Assembly (NCBI GenBank): GCA_001949185.1
Contig: BDGG01000002.1
Coordinates: forward strand, 4,392,448 to 4,456,447
Source: Ramazzottius varieornatus
Taxonomy: Eukaryota > Animalia > Tardigrada
Length of the DNA stretch: 64,000 nucleotides
Direction of reading: 5' to 3'
Shown in pieces: positions 24,437-34,700 of this stretch. Within the stretch, counting starts at the first letter, position 1; every line of letters begins with the position of its first letter. The notes beneath the pieces are model-generated. The model was not told where the DNA came from. It made no database searches and worked only from the letters and a program-made list of their open reading frames with translations. Both the position numbers and the translations under genes were made by a program.

Positions 24437-25108
24437 TAAATCTTCTCAAGCTTCGAAACATACCTAAATTTCAACTAAATAATGGCTTACAAAGATAGAT
24501 TACACTGCTGGTGGAATTACAACGCCGGTGTAATTGGCTCCACCGACACCCTTACCATTTGCCTATTCATTCCACCAGACGTCACACTTTCGGTGTAATT
24601 ACGAGTCGCTCCGGAACGACTCGTAATTACACCAGACTCACCAACATCCCAAGTGCGCTGTGCTCCCCTCCACACTTTCAGATGTCACTTCCATGATGAA
24701 GTTTCTTGCTAGTCGTCCTACCGATGAGTGTATGGTGGTTCCTCCGACAAAGATCTCATAATCGTCCGAACGTACTTACCTGCAGTGCGGGGCTTTCACA
24801 GCGAGCCGTTACACCACTTTCATAACTGGTCCAAAAAAGGTTTCTGGGCGTATCCACCCAAGTGGCTGGTGTAATTACATCAGCAAGCCAGCTTACGAGG
24901 GAATTATGCTTGTCCTCCGCCTTTCTGAAATACTCTGACATGATAGATTGATGGAGAAGAGTCTGCTTTATCGTCTGAAACAGCCGTATTTTGCGCAATG
25001 AAATCCTGGAAGACACTACAGAAACCGGAAGTGACGTCAAAATCTGGGCAGTACGCACCTATTTATTTTATTGACCTCACGTATTATGCGAAACTCAAGT
25101 TCAGATTG

Positions 25109-26010
25109 TCAAGGAAGGTAAATCTTACAGAAATGATCTTTTTCATAAAAGCATAGAGGAGCTTTACACCATCCACATTTCAGAAGCAAGAAACGCTCAC
25201 ATTTATCATGGTCAAAACGACCAGTTAGTTCTTGGAAACAGAATTCTGTGGGGTAAACATATTCTACGGACCTGTCGACATAACCTGACAAATGCCAAGC
25301 TCGAGCAATGAGGTTAGAAAATCTAAGAGAAGTAAACTGCTGGTAAATCAGGGAATGCATTTTCAATATAAAGTTCCGATGGCAGACTTGAACCGGCTGA
25401 TTGTTCACGATTATCTAGTTCGAAACCTTCCTGAAATACCCCTTGTACATCCGGAAGCAAAGAACGTCCAGTAGCTGAATCTGACCGGTCACTTTAGGTG
25501 GTATAGTGATCATTTCATATTCCAGTTCTTCTGGTTTTACTTCAGCTACGGCTTCTTGGTCAGAAAACGTCGATCAAGAATCAGCAAGGAATATACAGTG
25601 CTGATTCATGTGCGGAAAGAAAACCTTCTCCCACCATTCGATGTAGAGCTCCTTGGTCATCTTGCCAGACGAGGAAGCAGTGACATACAGGTTACTAGCC
25701 TTAAACACGGACTTTTTCACAAGTGGTCCGAAGATTCCTTTGGGTTCTTGCAGCGTGATGAAGAGAACGGGTAGAAACTTGCGGACACCTGGTGAAACGC
25801 ACGTCATTACCCTGTAGCTGTGAGTCATCGAGTTCTGAGACTGTGTGAGTGCTAAAACGTGGTTTGCACCGACGAAATCCAGAGTTCGACCTGGTCTCTC
25901 GTACTCGAATCCACTCTGATCAGCATTCCACAGACAGTCTTTCCCGTACGCCTGCATTATTTCTCTAACCACAGTAACGCACTCTTTGGCACTCTTCTTC
26001 CTATCCGGTA
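25109..26010 (-). pseudogene. Degenerate Tc5-type transposase, DDE part plus cysteine-rich C-terminal domain; N-terminus missing
   Basis: LWNADQSGFEYE, SMTHSYRV, ASSSGKMTK, IFLADS*, QLLDVLCFRMYKG-like segment, then AWHLSGY..PTEFCF..C..FLLLKCGWCKAPLCF..DHFC (resembles the Transp_Tc5_C domain). Confidence 0.75.
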
Positions 26011-26085
26011 CTTCAGTGCCTTCACGCAGAATGGTGCCAGCTTTCTCGAAAAATTCTCTTACATCACAGAACGAAACCTAAATTC

Positions 26086-27299
26086 TCAATCTATTTCTAC
26101 ATGATCCCCCATTCTGTCGAGCATCTTTTGAACACGGCCTTGCCAGGAAGAAAGTGACTTGCGGATGATCCGGAGGTCGAAGTTGGTGCACACATCTTGG
26201 ATAACCTTGCTCAATCCAGGAATGGTGGTAGCTTTGCGATCAGCTAAATATTTCTTCAAAATTCCATTGATCGCGTAGTCCAGCGGTGCTAGGTCCGGTG
26301 AATTGGCCATCCAGTGGTACTCAGGAACAAACCTCGGATGGTTCACTTTCAACCAGTTCTGAGTGTACTTGGCGGCATGGGACTTGGCGCTGTCAAAATG
26401 GACGGTGACTTCTTTCGCAGCTCTGCCGTACAAACGAGGTAGATCTTCTTTTACCATTCTCGACAGAGTCTTGTCGACGAATACTTGGCTGTTACTTTAG
26501 CCTTACCGTCAACTACCTACGCTTTCGTCATCCCTTTCCAGGAGATTCCAATGACGACCATGATCTTCTTCGGCCAGTGTTTCGTGGGTTTTTTGCGCCA
26601 CTCTTTAGGGATTTCCAGAAAATTGTCGGTGTAGTAATACTCCTTTTCGCTATTGCAATCGTCTAGTGTGATCCACGTTTCGTCCATGGTAAGGATTTTC
26701 TCAATCTTTTGAGGCCCCAGGTACTGGATAAAGAGCTTTCCGCGCTCGTACCTTTGCTTTTTCTGCACGTCGGTCAGGTGGTCAACCTTTGTCTTCTTGC
26801 GCACCTTCAGACCTAGATTCTCATAGACAATCTTGCTTACACTACCCACCGAACATCCTAGTTTACGGGCCAGTTTCCGCTGAGAGTCTGGAATCTTCTT
26901 AAGGACGGCCTTCTTCACTTTCCGGATGTTGGCTTGGGTACGCACCGACGGAAGACATTGCGCTGGCAGTCGTTTTGGAGGCTTCGTCCATCCGTTTCGC
27001 TTCATTTCTTCTTCTTTGAGTATCTTGCTGACCGTCTCCCTATGCAGCAAAATCCCGTGCTCCAAAAGTCGATCTGAAATTTTCTGATGGGATAAACGTT
27101 CCGCACCCCAAGCCACTACCATAGCCTTCGTTTCAGAACTAGTTTCTGGAGCGATCTCGAAAGTTAACTCAGAAAGTGTTTCTTCATGAAACGCGGGATT
27201 GAAAATGGAGTGTGAAATCACCTGAGATGGATGGGAAGCGAGTACAGGGATTTTTTTTACAGTCGATTTTAGAGTTGGCACCATTTTGCGTGAACGCAC
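26086..27299 (-). pseudogene. Tc1/mariner DD37D (maT-type) transposase with one nonsense codon and one 1-nt deletion
   Basis: HTH SQRKLARKLGCSVGSVSKIV, ILTMDETW, VHFDSAKSH...WMANSPDLAPLDY with 37 residues between D2 and D3. TAG at 26517-26519 and a frameshift near 26490 split the ORF. Confidence 0.85.
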
Positions 27300-29229
27300 T
27301 GTTCTTTCAGGTACTTTTCGGTGACAAACTTGATTTTTCTGTCGCAGATGTTATAGTATCTACAAACGAGCGATAAGGACACAAACGTCAAAAACTTGAA
27401 CGTTATTGAACAAATAATCATGTCTGACATTATCCTTACGTTTTGAACTTTCAAACCCAATGAGGACAAGCTGTGAAACCGGAAAGCCCAATCTCACGGT
27501 TGGCTGCCCACTGCTGAATAGCTGAATAACAGCAGTGGGCAGTTACTGCTGAATATCCAAATCTTTCACTACGTTAGGCTTTTGCTTGGCAAGGAAGAAC
27601 TCCTCTCCTGTCTTCAATCGTATCGCTTTCAGCTTATCGATCCGCGAGCCTCCTTCTTCAACGTAATCTCTCCATTCTCTCAGCTGGCGAGTACTGGCGA
27701 CTTCCCTAAACTTGTCCTGCACACTGGCCAGGCTTCGACGCTTCTTGGAAGAGACATTTCACGTTTTTTGCAGGCAAAATCAGCAGCCTGGTTTGGTGCC
27801 ACTTTCGGATTCGGGATTCGGGGTACAAACAGCTCATGAGCAGAAGGTTCTGTTCCACTTGACGCAGGTTCGGTAAGGCGATCATTCGGAGTGGATTCGA
27901 AGTCTGCTTCGCTACGTCCATGGAACAGGTTGGTTTCAGCGATAGACTTTTCCAGCTGATCGAACGTCGACACGCCAATCGGGAGCTCGTACTGAAGATC
28001 TTCAGTGGCCGATATCGAACTTCCAGCTTGGTCGATCTGGACGTCCAAGAAGTCTGTACGCACAAGACCAAACCTGAGATATGCTTTAGGAAATCGACAT
28101 AATTGTAGAAGTTTACAGTACTCGTACCTTTGATGAGTATCCTCAACATTTTGTCAGATTCGCTCGGAGAGTCGCTCAATTGGAAATGTTGCTCGTAGTC
28201 GAACAGCAGTAAGTTTAAGATGTTGAGGGGATTAACGGATTCCATGGCGCTATCGGGAGGAGCAGAAGAGAGGAAAAAAAACTTCTCAGCACAAGTGATT
28301 AGCTTGTATTCTAAAGCATAGCGCAACTTTGTCAATCAATAACGAATCAACAACACTGAACTCAAACCGCTTGATTGAATAAACCATTTACCGCCCAGAT
28401 TTTGACGTCACTTCCGGTTCCTGTGGTGTCTTCCAGGATTTCATTGAGCAAGCTACGCCTGTTTCAGACGATAAAGCAGACTCTTCTCCATCAATCTATC
28501 ATGTCAGAGTATTTCCAGAAAGGCGGAGGACAAGCATAATCCCCTCGTTAGTCTTTGTAGGCCCTTAAAGTGTTTCCAGAAAGGACTGAATAACACAATC
28601 CAGTCAATCAACCCATACAGTTTTGGCAACAGCTGACTATACCGGGCAACGATGACTAGTCACGTGGTTAAGTGCGCGATAATTTGGTAGCACTACCGTA
28701 GTGTTATACATCTGTGGTACGAAATACAAAGAAGACAGCGGAAAGCCCGGATCGCTGCATAGCTACCAAACGTACATAAGCGAAGTCGCCGCGGCGGACC
28801 TTGACGGTTCGTGGGTTCGTACAGACGACAAACTTCACACTTCTCCAGTATGCCGGAGAGCCGGAGAGCCAGAGGCCTAGAGTGCACAGCTTGTCAGCTG
28901 TCAACTGTCAATAGTGAATTTGAGTGTCATTCATCGACGACCAAGTCATTTCAAGTTTGGAGTCAAGTTGTGTGTTTGTAGCAGTGCAAACCTCACTCAT
29001 GCTTCTTCTCTGTTTTGCCGTCCATGCACGTTGTTGAAAGCTCTTTGGTGCATCAGCTGGTGGAAGTGACGAATTTTCGGCCGAAATCAGAAGAAGGGCC
29101 AGCGTTTTGCCGCCACTCGGACTCAATGATTAAGCGCTCAGCTATCCCGAAGTTGGACATCCTGCTAGTCTGTAAGCCTCTACCACAGGCTAAGCAGAAC
29201 CGATTTACAGCTTGAATCGTACCGTCAAA

Positions 29230-30509
29230 ATGGACGCTGGTACGTGACAGACGCTAAATTTTCTTCTCGAATTCCGAAAGCTACTACTATGTGCTAGGGT
29301 TTCGGCATAACATATGCGTTACTTGTGTCTCACAGGGGCTGCCAAATATCGTGAACTTTTGTCTGGAGAGCCGAATAGTTCTACGTTGCCAAAGAATGCC
29401 TCCTTGGAGAATGTCCTTCCTCAGATTTCGATTACGGATTTCCAAAAGACAAACAGTCTGCAAGACCGGGCAAATTCTACACTTTTACTAGCATTGGAGG
29501 AGTTGTCCAACAATGTTCCTCTAATCATCAGAGATCTCCGTGAACTTCCCCAAGAATCCACGCAGTATATGTTGGCGGAATGCTTCGCCAAGAAAGGCGC
29601 ACTCGAGCAGTATTGTCCGGGCTACACGACAGAGGACTTCTTGAAATACATAAAAAGGGTCTGGCCCAGATTACAGGACATCAGCTTTGGCGTGGTGGAC
29701 CCGAAAGGCACGGTGATGGGAGTAGCCACCATGGCCGATGAGATGGACTTGCTGGACCTCAGCGAACTTGCTTCGAAGGATATCCACCCTCATCTGACAA
29801 ACGTCTACGAGTATCTCGGGAGCCTTGTCGAACGTGCGAAAGACCGCTTGCCGCAGACCCATCGACGAGGTAGTGCGCCAGAGTTGGGACGTTGACCAAT
29901 GGTTTGAGCATGATTGTTTTCCCAGGTGGCGCACACTTTCAGCCAATAATAATGAAAATCTACACCACTTGGAACAACGATATCACGCTCAGCTTAATCG
30001 TTCAGCAATGTCCCTGCGAACTTGAATGAGTTTCGTATGTCTTACATAGTATCAGTCCGGGTTGTCTGGAACTGTTTACTCTCTATGGCTAGAATGATTT
30101 TTTGATTTCGCAGGAGTTCTACTCGATAAGTTTCTTTACGGAGTTCGGTTGAACGCGATGTCCTCGTCGGAGAACCTGTACGTGATGTATTTCCTTATGA
30201 AAGAAACCCACAGACGAGCGGAAGAGCGGGGGTTTTCGTATTCCGTCAGCCAGAATACTCACCCTTTTACTCAGGTAAAGCAGACTTTGGGAAGCAGTAG
30301 CAGCCTTCTGAAAGAATGTTTGAAGCGGGATGGCAGACATTTTTTTATGCCTGTGTCTGCAGGCACTTGCCGCGTTCTTTGGTTCTGAGCGACTACTGAC
30401 GGATTGCCCGCACAATTATGTGAACCATGCGAACGAGAAAGTGTTCAGCTTCATCCCGGAGAAAGTGCAAGTTACGGTCGATCTAAAGACTTACTCCACC
30501 AAAGCCTAA
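29230..30509 (+). CDS. Stand-alone Ebony C-terminal (AANAT/GNAT-fold amine-acylating) domain protein, 4 exons
   Basis: Exons ~29230-29239, 29336-29869, 30114-30274, 30363-30509. CFAKKGALEQYCPG..EDF..VWPRLQDISFGVVD..MGVA, VYEYL, ENLYVMYFLMKETHRRAEERGFSYSVSQNTHPFTQALA align by eye to Ebony CT (SFYNKADLEQW.., ENIACMHFMEHEVLRVAREKQFAGIFTTNTSPLTQQLA). Confidence 0.75.
29905..29991. repeat. Intronic palindromic element, copy 6
   Basis: tgagcatgattgttttcccaggtggcgcacactttcagccaat ... ccacttggaacaacgatatcacgctca. Confidence 0.75.
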
Positions 30510-31722
30510 GTTAGCTGTAAACAGTTTGCGTTCTATTTCAGTGCAGCATACGCAAGCTACGGTATCACAAAAAAACCGGCTCGTTATTACTCGAGATTAA
30601 TATTCTTACACATTCAGCTGCTCGAGAGTCTGATTCTTGACTGACGTGAAACGCTTAATTACTGCATCCGCAATTCCATCTGTTTCTCGTAAAGTTTATC
30701 ATGCCTTGCCGATTTGTCGGAGGAGCCTTCTTTTTGTCTGTTCTAGGCCTAATAGCATGAATTCCATTCGTCAATCACGGCGTCAGAAAGCCATTTATTT
30801 TCGAGGGTTCTCCATACGTCGCACGTTGATAAGGGACCCAATAAACTACGCTGGCTTTGCAGCCCCAAGAACCGGCTGGATGGACTATCCGAAGAAACCC
30901 TCGGTACCGCTGTGACGTATGGACAGTTCTACAAGGCAGACTATAGGCGGCCAGGAAAACATCGTGTTTGTGGTTCAAAAGCCGTCTAGCTAGTGACGCA
31001 GGAAGTGGACCGTTGAACACTCGATATAAAAGCTGCCCACTGACCGGTGGATCAGAAGGCGGTTCATGATTTGTCCAGACGGAACAGTCATGCCGCTAGT
31101 TCAGCCCTCTCTCATCGACCACGGTACATAATACGGTATGTTTTATCATTTTACAGTGTTTGCCTACGATAAGCTAACTTTATGACTTTTAGGGCTGGAC
31201 ACTGCACGGAGCACAACTTTATCAGGGAAATTTTTAGGCTTTGCAGTTCCACCCGATAACGGCGCGCCAAGTATGTTTCGAGCTGCAGGATTCTTAACAG
31301 TCTGTGAAGTACGAACAACTAGATTATCAATGACTTTTACTCGCCAATCAATTAGCCCTGGTTCTCAGCAAGAACATACGCCGAGACTGTCTGTTCCTGA
31401 GAATATCGAATGCTGCCTTGTCCAGTCTTTCGCATTGGAATAATCTATCGGATGAACTTTGGTCGGTGATGAATGTGAGGTATGTAAATGTTCCTCTTTC
31501 GATTTTTTCCTGTATAAGTTCAATACGGCGTTTCAACAATTTGAACATTTTTTACTTTGACAGATATGTGGTTCGGAATAATCGAGCGTATAAGATGACA
31601 GATCGCCGACCACTATTTTAGTGGAGATTAAAGAGGGATAGCCGGTGTGTAGCGATGGGAAATGCTACAAGTTGACAGCAACGTGATATTTCCGCCGTTT
31701 ACCAAAACACTTGAAGTCAAAG

Positions 31723-34700
31723 ATGAAGCCGGTCTTTACCTTGAAAAATATTATGCGTTTATTACTATATCTGTGGGGCCTCTTGCTGTGCCACAAGCTG
31801 GACTCTATTTCCGCCCAAACGCCGCTAACGCAACTGGATATCCGACCAACGGGCAACTCGTCGTGCCGACTAATGCACAGCCCGTACAGAGTGCAACAAA
31901 GCCTGCTCATTCCCAAAGGAGCTGTGCTGCATATCGAAGCCGGTGTCCGGCTGGAATTTCTTCCTGGTACTGGATTAGTCGTCGAAGGAGCCTTACGGGC
32001 ACTGGTATGTAGGCCCCATTGTTCCGGCTGTTCCCCCGGAAGGCCTGACCGTCCATTATGCACAATGCAATTAGTAGGATCTGAGCTGCAGCCTGACAGA
32101 TGGACATGACGGTCAATAGTTAACAGTTGTGTCACTACACAAAGTGCAGCTTGTCAAGTGCGCTCCTGCCACAATGTTGTGGGGAATGTTCAAAAGGGTA
32201 AAGAGTTGGTCTTTCCCATTAATGACTGACTCTTTACTCTCCTCGTAACATTTTGAACTTTCGAGGTACCCCTTTCAACGAGGAGTATAAGATACGAGTA
32301 TCGTGGTAGAACTGTCGAAAGCTGAGCGAAAGGGTAAAGAGTAAAGAGAGGAAACTTTTTTTTAAGTAGTGCTGGCATGTTATGTGTCTGAAGAGCGTCT
32401 CAAATTAGAAGCCGCAGTCACGTCCATTTAATCATGAAAAAATTGTTTTGATACGGCTTAACTGGATTCCGCAATGGCAGTTTCCGGTCCAAACTTGAGC
32501 ACGAAGCTAAACATGCTATCTATTTAACCAGCGTGTAGGGCCTGTCGCCGTTCATGGCTCCGAACCGGTTTAATGACTCCCATACCTGCGTGGTTCTCTT
32601 CTCCGCTTTTCTCTCCTACCAAAGATTGTATTGACTTTTAGATCTTGTACGGCATATGCTGGGGAAAAAATAGTATGATCGACCTCCCGCGGACTTCTCA
32701 GTTTTGTTTTGTCCAACCATAATTCTTTCACCTTTTTTTATAATATTTTGACAGTTAATACGACACCTGACGAGAGAACGGTTGGGATCCGCATGTACAC
32801 CAGATTCCACTGTGATGGCTTTCCTCCGGCCAGGAAGCCATTTTAATTTCGAAAAACTGAAGATCCGGGATATTTTTCACACTTCACAACAAGGCCGAGA
32901 AAATATCCAAATCTCATATCAGATGCTTTCTAGAAAAATCATCAATCAGCAACATACTTTTAGTGCCCACGACGTTGTGGAACAGAAAAATCTCAAGAGC
33001 CGCGAAGAGCCTCACGCAAGCTCGTCCCATTCCGTATGGTTTAGGGAGCATTTTCCAACGAGCTTTACACCAGGGTGTAGAGCAGGGTTCGGAATTAGCG
33101 ACGTCCTGCGGGTTAAAAATTGAGCTACGGAACAACTGTCAGTGAAGCTGATCCAACAATTTCTTTTATTCGCAGGGCGAACCCGGTAGCAAAATAACAA
33201 TGACTTCCACTGCGGCTCCTCCTCCGCCTAATATGGACCCAGCCGTCTTGTCTACATTACGCGATGATGCTCTCAGTTTCCGCCGAGAGATCCGCCTTGT
33301 CCGAGGCTTGGATCCCTCTCACGGTCAGATTCAACTCCTCCACAAGCTGAAATGGAGAAGTGTCTGCACACATTCATATAAGTGAGTTTTGATTGCGTTG
33401 GATATGGACAATGGACAGTGGATAGAGATATCGGCATAACTCTGTGTGTTGAAAGGCCAAATTTATAGATAGCCGTCTACACATGCATGATCCAACGCTG
33501 ACGGCTATGCTCAATAAATAACTGATGATAATCTCCCTGCATTCCATTTTCTTTTCAGCTGGACAGCCGAGGATATCCGCGTAGCCTGTGTCCAAATGGG
33601 CTATTCACATGGGATCTTTGATACTTGGACCGATCACATGAACGACACTGACTACATGGCTCTTCCCCGACCAAGATGCTCGGGGTCGGAAGCAAGTTTG
33701 TTTCGGTGCCCTGAATTCCAGAGTGCCCAAGTCAGTCGTAAAGTCTGCGGTGAGCTTTCCTTCTCTTTAAGCCAACACGAAATATACCAGCCGGAAAAAA
33801 AGCCATTACAATTAAATCAGCATGCGTTCCGAGTTATTTGGTGAAGTTGATCTAATGGTCTTCTTATGGAAAGCTTTCGGCGGAACTGGTGTTTTGCCAG
33901 ACAAAATAGCTTTCTATGAGTCTCGCTTTGTGGTCGAGCAGATCTTAATTTAGAGGGTTTTGTACTCCATAGTTGTAAAAAGTAGCCTTACAGGTCAAGC
34001 AGGTTTACTTTTGGGGCAGTGAAGGGAGATTTTTGGCCATCTGCTCTCGTTATAATGGGGCGATTTATTTTACATCTTGATGACCGGTGCGGCTTTTGTC
34101 TGGCCAGAACCCAGTGTAAAAGATCAGATCAACTAATTTTCGAAACTCTGGACAATTTGACCTAGTCATCAGCTGCTGTCATGGGAGAAGGATACTGTAT
34201 CTTTTCTGAGTGTCCCGTAGCGGTATCATATTCACGCTGCTACTTCCTTGTTCAATGATGGACAGGGAAACAGGCGGTTTGTCGGGTGTGAATTGTGATT
34301 ATAGTGCTGCGTCGTCGATGATCCGTAAAGTCATTGACGAACTGACAAACTTCATTGTCCATCCCAAACCGTGCCAGCCTTTTATTGATTCTATAAATGA
34401 ACTCACAGCAGGCGCTAGTTGCAGTGACCAGCACCGCCCGTAGACGCCCCTTCTCGACGGTCCATATTCGTCCAAACGAAGCGTTCGAAAATCTAAAGAA
34501 AATATTCATAGTCAGGTAACTCAGATCTACCAAGAAGGTTTTGACTAAAATACGTGAGACATGGACAAACGAAGCGTGAAGATCGCTGTCTTGAGTGGCG
34601 CATGTTTCCATTGTTATTGGCTGAAAGCGTGCGTCACTTGAGAAAACGATCTTTTACATTATTCCATTATGTCTAGACCGTTCTGTTGCAAGTGTCTGAC

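Larger units (their letters stand above)
24896..28547 (-). mobile_element. Tc4/Tc5-like DNA transposon with ~155-bp TIRs, inserted at CTNAG with TTA duplication
   Basis: 24896-25053 is the near-perfect reverse complement of 28390-28547 (CGAGGG[A/G]ATTATGCTTGTCCTCCGCC...). Flanks c-TTA|...|TTA-g reconstruct the target CTTAG. Confidence 0.85.
23039..28698 (-). mobile_element. pogo-family DNA transposon (~2 kb when emptied) carrying a nested Tc4/Tc5-like insertion
   Basis: ~38-bp TIRs: TA|CTGTAGGGCTACCAAATTTTCGCGCACTTGACCACGTG versus the right-end reverse complement TA|CGGTAGTGCTACCAAATTATCGCGCACTTAACCACGTG. TA on both flanks. Confidence 0.85.
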
